This document shows, piece after piece, positions 18,004 to 27,386 of a stretch of 64,000 nt of DNA. The DNA lies in the NCBI GenBank assembly GCA_028286585.1, contig JAQBRI010000008.1, forward strand, positions 18,514 through 82,513, in the 5' to 3' direction. The notes under the pieces are model-generated. The model was not told where the DNA came from and did no database searches. It saw only the letters and a program-made list of their open reading frames with translations. How positions within the stretch are numbered: the first letter of the stretch is position 1; each line of letters opens with the position of its first letter. This DNA is from Candidatus Kaiserbacteria bacterium. Lineage in GTDB: Bacteria > Patescibacteriota > Minisyncoccia > Phycocordibacterales > UBA2100. The position numbers and the translations under genes are program-made.

Positions 18004-18795
18004 ATGAAAACACTGCATACATTTACTTCTCGACCGCAGCATTCTGGTAGTCGGGCACTGGCCATTGCTACAGTAATTGTATGCTTCCTAATAGTATGCA
18101 ATTACATAACCCACGACTTGTTGCGCTCTGAGGTGCGACAATTGCTGCTGCCGATTTCTTCTCGCGCCTCAGCTTTCACATACACGATATTTCAAGGAGA
18201 TATGTGGAGTTCGAGAGCTACGCTCCAGGCAGAAAACATCCAATTGCGGGCTCAGCTTGCGACACTGCAGGCGCACGATATTCTTTTTGAATCGTTGGTA
18301 CAAGAAAATCAACAGTATGCGCAGGCGCTGCATATTGCGAGCTCAAGCATACGGGTTGGCGCGCATATCATTTCAAGCCCATCATCATCACCATACGGCT
18401 CTATTAATATTGATACAGGTGCTTCACAAGGAGTCGAGGTAGGGGATATTGTACTTACGCCAGACTCGTTTGTTGTTGGAACAGTTTCCGAAGTAACACC
18501 CTATGCGGCAATGGTTGATTTGGCACTTGCGCCGCGTCGGATTGTCTCGGCAGTAGTTAATGGCATTCCTCTCACACTTACCGGCCGCGGCGGAAGCAAT
18601 GGTTCGGGAATTATTCCTCGCGGCTCGGTTGTTCACACGGGAGATATTGTTACGGTACCTGAATTTGGCGGACGCGCCGTAGGCGTTGTAAATTCGGTGC
18701 GCGCAGATTCGGCGAGCGCCGATAGTCTTATCTATGTCGCCGCGCCATTTAATATTTCGGCGACTATGGTTGTGGTCGTTGTACACCGCTTATAA
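18004..18795 (+). CDS. mreC: Rod shape-determining protein MreC
   Basis: TM, coiled coil (LQAENIQLRAQL), IDTGASQGVEVGD beta domain; synteny. Confidence 0.85.
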   Translation: MKTLHTFTSRPQHSGSRALAIATVIVCFLIVCNYITHDLLRSEVRQLLLPISSRASAFTYTIFQGDMWSSRATLQAENIQLRAQLATLQAHDILFESLVQENQQYAQALHIASSSIRVGAHIISSPSSSPYGSINIDTGASQGVEVGDIVLTPDSFVVGTVSEVTPYAAMVDLALAPRRIVSAVVNGIPLTLTGRGGSNGSGIIPRGSVVHTGDIVTVPEFGGRAVGVVNSVRADSASADSLIYVAAPFNISATMVVVVVHRL

Positions 18796-18802
18796 ATTTT
18801 CT

Positions 18803-19099
18803 ATGAATCCTTTTTCTGATAACCGGGCACAGCTGTATCAAAATGGATATACGCCCTGGCTGCGGATAGCTGTACTATTTTTTGGACTTATTTTTATTAC
18901 CGTGCTTCCGTGGTGGATCAATATGATTTGGATGACACTCTTGATCATGCGCTGCCGCGCCTGGGAAGTACTTGTTTTTGCTTTTGCGATGGATGCATTG
19001 TATCTCGTCCCGTCACCGCACATTCTTATTCCGTGGTGCACCATTGTTGCTCTGCTTTTACTGTGTTCATTTGAACCGCTCAGGAATTATTTTTTGTAA
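18803..19099 (+). CDS. Small membrane protein in the mreD position
   Basis: 98-aa hydrophobic ORF between mreC and pbp2. Confidence 0.55.
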   Translation: MNPFSDNRAQLYQNGYTPWLRIAVLFFGLIFITVLPWWINMIWMTLLIMRCRAWEVLVFAFAMDALYLVPSPHILIPWCTIVALLLLCSFEPLRNYFL

Positions 19100-19135
19100 T
19101 ATTTTCCATTGGGAGTGCGAATTTGATATAGTGTC

Positions 19136-20875
19136 ATGATGAAGCGATATAGTGCAGTCCATGAACTACAACCCGAGGATATTCTTCTCGACTCATCAAA
19201 CTTACCATTTCGCGATACTACGCATTTTGAAGGAAGGGTTGCAGGCCCTGTCTCACGGCGAGCGCTTGGAGGAGTTGGTATTGTTTTTTTGTTGATTCTC
19301 ATCGCTTTTGGGAGTCGCGCATACTATTTGCAAGTCATGGAGGGCAACGCATACAGCGTGCTCTCGATTAATAATACGCTTCACAAATCGGTTGTATTTG
19401 CGCTTAGAGGCACCATAACAGACCGTACGGGCCGCGAACTTGCGTGGAATACCTGGGAGTTGTCCTCGAGTACCGAAAGCACCTCAACGCCCTCGGCGAT
19501 TGCGACAACTTCAATGTTTGCTCTTCGGCAATACACCTCATTACCAGGACTCGCGCACGTCTTGGGTTATTTGCGATATCCTCAAAAGGACAACTCTGGT
19601 AAATGGTGGCAGCCAAACTACATTGGTATTGCCGGCGTCGAAAATTCGCTGGACTCGCTTTTGCAGGGTACAAACGGGAGCAGTATTTCTGAGACCGATG
19701 CTCATGGTCACTCGATACGAAACAATATCATTCAGCCGCCGATTGACGGACAGAACATAACCCTTTCGATCGACGCCTCGATTCAAAGCAAACTCAATCA
19801 AGTACTCGAGGCGCATGCTTCACAAAACGGCTTTCAGGGCGGTGCTGCTGTCATTATGGATGTGCGAACGGGACAGATTATCGCTCTTACCAGTTTTCCG
19901 GAATATGATAATCAGGCATACGTTGATGGCAATAATGCGGTAATTGCAGAGACATCCAAGAATGTCCACTTTCCACTGCTTGACCGCGCAATCGCGGGTT
20001 TGTATGCGCCCGGTTCAATCGTAAAACCGATATTTGCCGCAGCAGCACTTAAGGAAAATATAATTAGTCCTGACAAGCAAATTGATTCGATTGGCGCGAT
20101 TACCTTGCCCAATCCCTACAGCCCGGCAAATCCGAGTATATTCAGAGACTGGGCGGTACACGGGTGGATTGATATGCGCACAGCACTTGCCGTGTCGTCA
20201 GACGAATATTTTTATACTATTGGAGGCGGATATGGTGGTCAGCAAGGGTTGGGAATTGCCCGTATCGACAAATATGCGGCATTGTTTGGTCTTGCATCCA
20301 AAACCGGTATTAACCTCCCTAACGAACAGGTAGGAGTCATTCCGTCGCCCGACTGGAAGGCTGTCTCGTTTGCCGGAAACGAACCATGGCGTATTGGAGA
20401 CACCTACCACACGGCTATTGGTCAGTATGGTTTTCAAATTACTCCGGTTCAGGCGGTGCGATTTATTGCAGCAATTGCAAACGGGGGCAACCTTCTTACA
20501 CCTCAAATACTTGCAAGTTCAACTCCTGTGTCAGTTTCGCTTGGTATTCCCGATAGCATGCTTCAGATTGTGCGCGAAGGAATGCATATGGCGGTAACAT
20601 CGACCCGACCCGATGCAACGGTCAAAGTCCTAAACATTCCTGGATTTTCACTTGCTGCAAAAACAGGCACCGCCCAAATTGGGGCACACAATGAATGGAT
20701 GAACTCATGGTCGGTGGGCTTTTGGCCGGTGGATCATCCGCGCTACGCATACGCCGTCGTGTTGGAAAGAGCGCCTGCCCACACTGCCTCTGGTGCCGCT
20801 CCTGGCATGTACCCCTTCTTTCAGTGGCTTATAGCGACCCACCCGGAATATATCGGTGACGCAACAAATAATTAG
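19136..20875 (+). CDS. mrdA: Class B penicillin-binding protein 2
   Basis: RGTITDRTG, PGSIVK (SxxK), SSD and KTGTAQ motifs. Confidence 0.92.
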   Translation: MMKRYSAVHELQPEDILLDSSNLPFRDTTHFEGRVAGPVSRRALGGVGIVFLLILIAFGSRAYYLQVMEGNAYSVLSINNTLHKSVVFALRGTITDRTGRELAWNTWELSSSTESTSTPSAIATTSMFALRQYTSLPGLAHVLGYLRYPQKDNSGKWWQPNYIGIAGVENSLDSLLQGTNGSSISETDAHGHSIRNNIIQPPIDGQNITLSIDASIQSKLNQVLEAHASQNGFQGGAAVIMDVRTGQIIALTSFPEYDNQAYVDGNNAVIAETSKNVHFPLLDRAIAGLYAPGSIVKPIFAAAALKENIISPDKQIDSIGAITLPNPYSPANPSIFRDWAVHGWIDMRTALAVSSDEYFYTIGGGYGGQQGLGIARIDKYAALFGLASKTGINLPNEQVGVIPSPDWKAVSFAGNEPWRIGDTYHTAIGQYGFQITPVQAVRFIAAIANGGNLLTPQILASSTPVSVSLGIPDSMLQIVREGMHMAVTSTRPDATVKVLNIPGFSLAAKTGTAQIGAHNEWMNSWSVGFWPVDHPRYAYAVVLERAPAHTASGAAPGMYPFFQWLIATHPEYIGDATNN

Positions 20876-20913
20876 CTGGTGCAACTCTCACCGCTCTAGT
20901 ATCATTGTCCTCG

Positions 20914-21696
20914 ATGCAGCTGCTAATTCACATACTTTCGTCTCTTATCGCAGTTATTGGGCTCGTGCCTCAACAGGCGCAAGCCGTGACAGCTATCACT
21001 ACTACTCAAGCGACAAGTTCGTATTATGTGACTGATGCCGGAATAAAGGGGCTGGAAGATGCGCCCATCGTTTCTCTTGATGATGCCACTTCTACAATGT
21101 CGATTGCCAATGGGACAAAGATGGTTGCGCTCACCTTTGATGATGGTCCGCGTGCTTCGTCTACAGAAAAGGTGCTGCATATACTCAATGCCGAGCACGT
21201 ACCCGGAACATTCTTTTTGATTGGAGAGAATGTTGCGCAAAATCCTGCACTAACAAGAGAGATTGTTACAGACGGTAATGTCATCGGCATACATACCTAT
21301 AATCATCCAAAAAATCTTCCTTGGATGGATCCAGCAGAACGAGATTGGGAGCTTTCTGCCACACAGGCCGTAATAGCTTCGACCACAGGAGTTCATACAT
21401 CGCTCTTTCGGCCACCCTACGGAATCATGACCCCGCAGCTCAAAAGCATACTGGAGGGCCAGGGATATACCGTGTATATGTGGAATGTTGATCCGCGTGA
21501 CTGGGATTATAGGCGCTCAACAAGCGATAGCATCATACAAAATGTTCTCTCGCATCTTAAAAATCACATGGTAATTCTCTTTCATGATGGCCGAGATAGT
21601 ACAGGAATACATAACAATCTCGAAGGAGCATTGCCCACAGTGATTGCTGAATTAAAGGCGAGGGGATACACCTTTGTCACTGTCGACAAGATATAA
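20914..21696 (+). CDS. Secreted polysaccharide/peptidoglycan deacetylase (CE4)
   Basis: TFDDGP, HTYNH, FRPPYG, DPRDW and LFHD motifs; signal peptide. Confidence 0.92.
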   Translation: MQLLIHILSSLIAVIGLVPQQAQAVTAITTTQATSSYYVTDAGIKGLEDAPIVSLDDATSTMSIANGTKMVALTFDDGPRASSTEKVLHILNAEHVPGTFFLIGENVAQNPALTREIVTDGNVIGIHTYNHPKNLPWMDPAERDWELSATQAVIASTTGVHTSLFRPPYGIMTPQLKSILEGQGYTVYMWNVDPRDWDYRRSTSDSIIQNVLSHLKNHMVILFHDGRDSTGIHNNLEGALPTVIAELKARGYTFVTVDKI

Positions 21697-21713
21697 ATAA
21701 AAGGAGCGTTCTC

Positions 21714-21857
21714 AGCATAGTGTTTGCAAAACACGCATATTTGCTTGCTAGCAAATTGCTCCTCTCGCGCCGTCGGCTATGCACTTCCTTTTTTAATAGA
21801 CTGAATACAGTCTTTAAAAAATGGTCGCGCTGCGAGGGGTTTTGCAAACACTATGCT
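21714..21857. repeat. MITE-like palindromic element with 19-bp perfect terminal inverted repeats
   Basis: AGCATAGTGTTTGCAAAAC 21714-21732 and its reverse complement 21839-21857; internal hairpins. Confidence 0.75.
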
Positions 21858-21879
21858 TCAAAACGCTAATGGTGCGTAT

Positions 21880-22293
21880 TTATTTTTTTAGAAGAGGAAC
21901 AGCAAATCCGCACATGATAAATGTGCAGAGTGCAGACAATGCGCAATATTGGCAAAGTGCATGAATGACAAAATATTGTAACGATTCAAATCCAATCGAC
22001 ATGATCGCGCCAGCGATGGAAAGTACAACTAATCCCATTACGAGTCTTTTTGAAACGATAGGCGTGGTGAGTATATATAATCCCAAAAATCCAACGAGCA
22101 AATAATACACTACTCCAAAAGCGCCCAATGGAATCGGGCCGACCATAGAATACTTGCTATGAAGAACGGTCTCGCATCCGTGTAGTATCGAGCAGGGAAG
22201 CGGAAGCGAGATATAGTGATCAAGCGTTAGATAGAACGAATCAGCAAATCCAACGAGTGAGGCAAGTATGATAACGATCAAACTTCTTTGCAT
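21880..22293 (-). CDS. VKOR family disulfide-bond formation protein
   Basis: CSILHGCETVLHSKYS loop, CQYC motif, 4 TM segments. Confidence 0.9.
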   Translation of the reverse strand: MQRSLIVIILASLVGFADSFYLTLDHYISLPLPCSILHGCETVLHSKYSMVGPIPLGAFGVVYYLLVGFLGLYILTTPIVSKRLVMGLVVLSIAGAIMSIGFESLQYFVIHALCQYCALSALCTFIMCGFAVPLLKK

Positions 22294-22295
22294 GG

Positions 22296-22985
22296 TTATT
22301 GTTTTGGCGCGCTAGTCGCTGCGGCAAGCGCTGCATCAATGAGCTTACTAAATGCGTCGGCGGAAGCTGGATTGTCTATTTCGACTCCATTGATAAAGAA
22401 TGTAGGAGTGTGATCAATGTTGATCGATTCACCTTGGCTGAGCTGTGATTGAACATTTGCGACAATCGATTGTGAGACAACATCGGTATTAAATTTTGCG
22501 ACATCAAGTCCGATTGATTGCGCATACGTATCAAACTTATCTTTAACTACCGTATCAGTAGAAACGGTACTCCAGGCATCTTGATTGCTATAAAGTGCGT
22601 CATGCATTGCCCAGAACTTTCCTTGTAATGATGCTGCTTCTGAGGCCTGTGCACTGATTATTGCGTTTGGGTGGATTTGGTAGAGCGGAAACTGGCGAAA
22701 TACAAAAGCTACACGATCGCCGTACGTTTGAGTAAGTTTTTGCATAATAGGTTCATACGCTCCGCATGCAGGACATTCAAAATCGCCATATTCAATAACG
22801 CTCACACTTGAGCTCGCGTTGCCACGCACGTGATCACTACTCGATACAGGAGTCGTCTGAATGGAGGTTTTTCCAGTAATCGGTTTTGCAGAACCTGACA
22901 TTGCCGCCAGCACTACTGTGATACCAATAATTAATACGATAAATGCAGCACCAATAAAAAGTTGAGTTCGTTGTTTTGTTTCCAT
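22296..22985 (-). CDS. Membrane-anchored DsbA-family thioredoxin-fold protein
   Basis: EYGDFECPAC, RQFPL and TPTFFING motifs. Confidence 0.92.
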   Translation of the reverse strand: METKQRTQLFIGAAFIVLIIGITVVLAAMSGSAKPITGKTSIQTTPVSSSDHVRGNASSSVSVIEYGDFECPACGAYEPIMQKLTQTYGDRVAFVFRQFPLYQIHPNAIISAQASEAASLQGKFWAMHDALYSNQDAWSTVSTDTVVKDKFDTYAQSIGLDVAKFNTDVVSQSIVANVQSQLSQGESINIDHTPTFFINGVEIDNPASADAFSKLIDAALAAATSAPKQ

Positions 22986-23059
22986 AGCCTGATTATACGT
23001 GACTTTATGCTCTGCCTCAACCGATAAGGTTTTGCCCTCTCGCGATGAGAGAGACACGA

Positions 23060-24001
23060 TTATTTGTTTTTCTGCAAAAAGATATACAAATCCTCAAGCG
23101 CCTTTACAGCATCGCCCGAAGAAATATTGTTTTGGTGATAGATTCCGTCGGTACAATCACCAGCTGCCCACACACGGCACATTGCAGTACTTGTTGAGTA
23201 CGATGCACGCTGTGTACGTGGATCGACAACTACATGCTTGGTCGCGTCGAGCGTAAGTGTTCCCATAAGCCAATCGGTATTTGGAAGGAGTCCAACTTCG
23301 ACAAACACTCCTGTTACAGCTAGTGTCACTTCTTTTTGTGAGGTGTCAGTATATACAAAAGCGTTTACAAATTTTTCGCCTTCGACACGCGCTGGTGTTG
23401 CGTTTGTAACGAGTGTTATCTTTGGATTTTTTTGCGCAGCAGCAATAGTTACCTCGTCTGCTCTAAATGAATCCGACCGGTTAAGGAGTGTCACCGATTT
23501 ACAGTATGCAGCAAGCTGCAAAGCAGTTTCAAATGCGGCGTTTCCGCCACCTACAACAACGACATCCTGATCCGAAAAAAGCGGACCGTCGCAGCTCGCA
23601 CAATAGGTAAGACCCTTGTGTTCAAATTCGGCAGCACCCTTAATATTGAGTGTACGACGCACCGCTCCAGACGCCACAAAAAGTGATTTTGCTTCGAGTA
23701 CTTCACCGTTTGAAAGTGAGACGATGACATGATCTTCTTTGATCTCGAGTTTCTGGGCAAGAGCAGGATTTATAACCCGAACATGTTCTCCGGCATACTC
23801 GAGCACGTGACTCTTTAGGTTTTTTGCCAAATCAGCACCGCTGATATGAGGACTACCGATCCAGTTTTGAATATCTTCGGATACGGTACTTTGACCGCCC
23901 CATTCACTTGTTACAAATGTAGTTTTGAGTAGTTTGCGTGCCGCATATACAGCGGCTGTTGCGCCGGCCGGTCCACCGCCAACGATTATTAGATCCTGCA
24001 T
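23060..24001 (-). CDS. trxB: Thioredoxin reductase (TrxB/AhpF-like)
   Basis: GGGPAG, YCASCDG, GGGNAA and AAGD motifs. Confidence 0.88.
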   Translation of the reverse strand: MQDLIIVGGGPAGATAAVYAARKLLKTTFVTSEWGGQSTVSEDIQNWIGSPHISGADLAKNLKSHVLEYAGEHVRVINPALAQKLEIKEDHVIVSLSNGEVLEAKSLFVASGAVRRTLNIKGAAEFEHKGLTYCASCDGPLFSDQDVVVVGGGNAAFETALQLAAYCKSVTLLNRSDSFRADEVTIAAAQKNPKITLVTNATPARVEGEKFVNAFVYTDTSQKEVTLAVTGVFVEVGLLPNTDWLMGTLTLDATKHVVVDPRTQRASYSTSTAMCRVWAAGDCTDGIYHQNNISSGDAVKALEDLYIFLQKNK

Positions 24002-24003
24002 AT

Positions 24004-25299
24004 TTAGCGACGTCGCAAGAAAGATGGAAGTCCTCCCCAAGTATCGTCATCAATAGATGGAGCTGGTGCAGGGGTTTCAGGTTTTTTTGATTCACGGCGC
24101 TCTTCCGGTGCCTCTGAACGATTTGATTGAATACTACGAATACCTTCGCGTGGCTTTTCAGGTGCTGCAGGAGCTGCTGCTTGTCGCGCTTCGCGCTCTA
24201 CAATTCGAGCTGGCGGAACATCCTGTTCCTTTTTCTCGACTGCCTTTTGTGCGGTAGAAAAGATAGACGCTGCTACGGATTGAGCTGGCGCTTGCGTAGG
24301 ATTTTGTGATGCTGGGAAAAATGTTTGTGTAGGAATTGCGTTTAATGGAAATCCGGTTGCAATAACAGTGACTCGTACCTGACCCTTTTTGAGAGATGTA
24401 TCGGTAACGGTTCCAAAAATAACCTTAGCATCAGGGTCGATTGCCTCAGTAATAACGTTTGCAGCATCTTGTACTTCGAGCATGCCAAGATCATCACCAC
24501 CGGCGATAGAGAAGAGAACACCCTTTGCGCCGTTGATTGATACGTCGAGCAGTGGGGAATTGATAGCTGCACGAGCCGCTTCTTCTGCACGCTTTTCACC
24601 CATAGCAATACCAATACCCATAAGCGCTGAACCCGCGTTTGCCATGATTGCACGCACATCGGCAAAGTCGACGTTGATAATTCCTGTTGTAGTGATCAAA
24701 TCAGAAATACCTTCGACTGCTTGTTTAAGAACATCGTCACAAAGTGCAAATGCACTCTTGATACCTGTCTCACGAGAGACGATACCGAGCAATTTGTCGT
24801 TTGGAATAATGATGAGGGCATCAACTGATTTTCGCAGTTCGGCAAGACCTTGTTCTGCAAGGCGTGCTCGCTGTGCTCCTTCAAAAGAAAATGGTCGAGT
24901 GACGACAGCTACGGTGAGAGCACCGAGCTCGCGTGCGAGTTTCGCAACGACTGGTGCTGCACCAGTTCCTGTTCCGCCTCCCATACCGCAGGCAATAAAT
25001 ACCATGTCGGAATTTTTGATCGCTTCCTGAATTTCTTCACGTGTTTCTTCTGCTGCTTGCTTGCCAGCTTCTGGATTCATACCCGTACCAAGCCCTCGTG
25101 TTAGTGTCTTACCAACGTGGATCTTCTTTCGGGCACGTGACTTATGTAAATCTTGCGCATCAGTATTGACTGCAATAAATTCAACTCCTTGTACATTGGA
25201 TGCAACCATGTGGTTGACCACATTGCCTCCAGAACCTCCAACCCCAACAACGCGAATTCGAGCAAATGATTCTACGTCGGATTTAACTTGCTTACTCAT
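24004..25299 (-). CDS. ftsZ: Cell division protein FtsZ
   Basis: GMGGGTGTG, NVDFAD and C-terminal LPSFLRR. Confidence 0.98.
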   Translation of the reverse strand: MSKQVKSDVESFARIRVVGVGGSGGNVVNHMVASNVQGVEFIAVNTDAQDLHKSRARKKIHVGKTLTRGLGTGMNPEAGKQAAEETREEIQEAIKNSDMVFIACGMGGGTGTGAAPVVAKLARELGALTVAVVTRPFSFEGAQRARLAEQGLAELRKSVDALIIIPNDKLLGIVSRETGIKSAFALCDDVLKQAVEGISDLITTTGIINVDFADVRAIMANAGSALMGIGIAMGEKRAEEAARAAINSPLLDVSINGAKGVLFSIAGGDDLGMLEVQDAANVITEAIDPDAKVIFGTVTDTSLKKGQVRVTVIATGFPLNAIPTQTFFPASQNPTQAPAQSVAASIFSTAQKAVEKKEQDVPPARIVEREARQAAAPAAPEKPREGIRSIQSNRSEAPEERRESKKPETPAPAPSIDDDTWGGLPSFLRRR

Positions 25300-25358
25300 A
25301 GTGCCATGATATCAGATTTTTAAGAAAGACAACTTGACAGAACGTATTGATAGTATGC

Positions 25359-26528
25359 CTATGGAAGTAGGGATTTGAAGCCATTTCGGACCATTTCCCA
25401 CGTATTTTTGAGAACTTCCACGAAACTATGGCTTTCTTGAGCAATATCCGAGGCAAAACCCCATCTACACAAACCATAGGCAACAGCCCAAGTAGCGTCG
25501 ACCGCTGTCGATCGAGAAACAAAACCGACCTGCCCAATTTGTGATGGCAGACGCAAAATAGTTCGAGCGATGTCGGACGCGCGGATAAGTCCGCTGCCTC
25601 CTCCTGTAATGACAATTCCTGCAGGCAAGAGTCGCTGACGATTAATATCACGCAAATGTGCGTTCACTAATGTAAACATTTCCTTGAGACGATTTACAAT
25701 AATAGTTTCCATTTTTCCTTGCGGTACATCCGAACCGATTACCCCGCCGCGCTTTACATTTTCTGCTTCATTAAGTGGAATTTGGAATGAGAGTGCAATT
25801 TGATTTGTGACGTCAGCTGCTCCGACCGGAAATGTCTTGAGTGAAATTGGAATGTTGTTTTCAAAAACCATGACCGAAAGCGTTTCTGCTCCAATGTTAG
25901 CAAGTATTACTCCTGCCATTTTTTGAGACTTGGTTAGGGTTACAAGACTCGCCGCAAGAGGGGACGCCATGGTGTCTTCTACCTCAATATTCGAAGCTTC
26001 GACTGCAGAAATAATATCCTCATAATGCTGGGTCAAAACGGTCACCAAAAGCGTGTCCACCGTAAGCTTGGTTCCACGGACCCCTTCGGGGCTGCCAAGC
26101 GTTGTCGTGCCATCCACACGAAATTCGAGAGGAATGGTGTGTAGTATAGTTCTGTTTACCAATTTTGATGAGGCACGCCGTTCGCTCTCGGTTTGAGCTC
26201 GGTCGATGTCACGCGCTGTCACAATGCCGCTGGAAGCGGTAAGAGAAATTTCGCCACTTGATCGAATTTCATCGAGCGAAACACCGCCGATTGCGATACG
26301 GGCTTTACGTATTGGGGTCTTTGCGGCAGCCGATGCGCGTGCTACGGCTTCTCGAATACTGCGTGTCGCCTCAGTTTGGTCGACGATGTATCCGTGTCGC
26401 ATTCCCTTTGATACTGCCGTGCCGGTTCCAAGCACATGCATCGGAATATCAGGTCTCTCTGGAGCTTCTGCGACAATGACTTTAACGTGGTGAGTACCGA
26501 TATCTATTCCGGTGTAGATTGTTCGCAT
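25359..26528 (-). CDS. ftsA: Cell division protein FtsA
   Basis: GIDIGT and ITGGGS motifs; upstream of ftsZ. Confidence 0.93.
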   Translation of the reverse strand: MRTIYTGIDIGTHHVKVIVAEAPERPDIPMHVLGTGTAVSKGMRHGYIVDQTEATRSIREAVARASAAAKTPIRKARIAIGGVSLDEIRSSGEISLTASSGIVTARDIDRAQTESERRASSKLVNRTILHTIPLEFRVDGTTTLGSPEGVRGTKLTVDTLLVTVLTQHYEDIISAVEASNIEVEDTMASPLAASLVTLTKSQKMAGVILANIGAETLSVMVFENNIPISLKTFPVGAADVTNQIALSFQIPLNEAENVKRGGVIGSDVPQGKMETIIVNRLKEMFTLVNAHLRDINRQRLLPAGIVITGGGSGLIRASDIARTILRLPSQIGQVGFVSRSTAVDATWAVAYGLCRWGFASDIAQESHSFVEVLKNTWEMVRNGFKSLLP

Positions 26529-26578
26529 GACTCTATTGTAGCGGAATATTGCTACAATCAAAGCCCTCGTGGTGGGGA

Positions 26579-26983
26579 TTAAGGTAGCGGATGTTTAATG
26601 CCAAATTTTTGCAGGGCTTTTTTCTCGAGTTTGTCCATGAGCGGCCCATGATCAAGTCCTGTCAGATGGACGCATCCATGTATAAAAAGATACAGTATCC
26701 GCGCCTCTAGTTTAATATTGTATTTTGCAGCCTCGCGCTCGGCAACCCGAAGATTGAGAAAAATTTCACCAGAATCATTTGTAAGCGGAAAGGAAAGTAC
26801 GTTGGGTGAATATGTTTTATGACGATATTGCTTGTTCATTTTTGTGGCAAGCTTATCTGCGCAAATGACGAGCGAGAGTTCGTATTTTTTTGTGAGAATA
26901 CTGTTCGCAATCGTCTCGAACGGTAACGACAAAACACGCTTCGAAAGTGAAGCGTGTTTTGTCGTATTTGTCAGATCAAACAT
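26579..26983 (-). CDS. ybeY: rRNA maturation endoribonuclease YbeY
   Basis: NVLSFP and HGCVHLTGLDH motifs. Confidence 0.92.
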   Translation of the reverse strand: MFDLTNTTKHASLSKRVLSLPFETIANSILTKKYELSLVICADKLATKMNKQYRHKTYSPNVLSFPLTNDSGEIFLNLRVAEREAAKYNIKLEARILYLFIHGCVHLTGLDHGPLMDKLEKKALQKFGIKHPLP

Positions 26984-26993
26984 CTTGTCTGAA

Positions 26994-27305
26994 TTATCGA
27001 GCGATTGGAGTAGTTTCGCCAAATCGTGATTGAGAAGTTGTGCCTTGTGGCTTTTGGTCCTTTTGCATTGGGCGTCGAACTCGTTCGATTACTTTTCCTT
27101 CCTTGATGAGTTGTCGGTAATCAGCCTTTCGCTTAAGAAGCTTGAGTGCACTCTTTTTGACGACAGACTTTGATCGGAGTCGAGCGTGATATCGAATCGC
27201 ACGCATATCTTTAATGAGGTTGGTACCCTGTACACGACGAGTGAACTTACGAATAGTCGCAAGAACGTTTTCGCCTCCAGATTTCTGTACTTCTGCATTT
27301 ATCAT
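26994..27305 (-). CDS. rpsU: 30S ribosomal protein S21-like with C-terminal extension
   Basis: GENVLATIRKFTRRV; highly basic. Confidence 0.65.
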   Translation of the reverse strand: MINAEVQKSGGENVLATIRKFTRRVQGTNLIKDMRAIRYHARLRSKSVVKKSALKLLKRKADYRQLIKEGKVIERVRRPMQKDQKPQGTTSQSRFGETTPIAR

Positions 27306-27386
27306 GTGCCAAAGTATACCATACGGTGTCAAAATATACAATATAGCCGTCTTTCTATGCTACACGTGCTCATTTGACCGTCAAAA

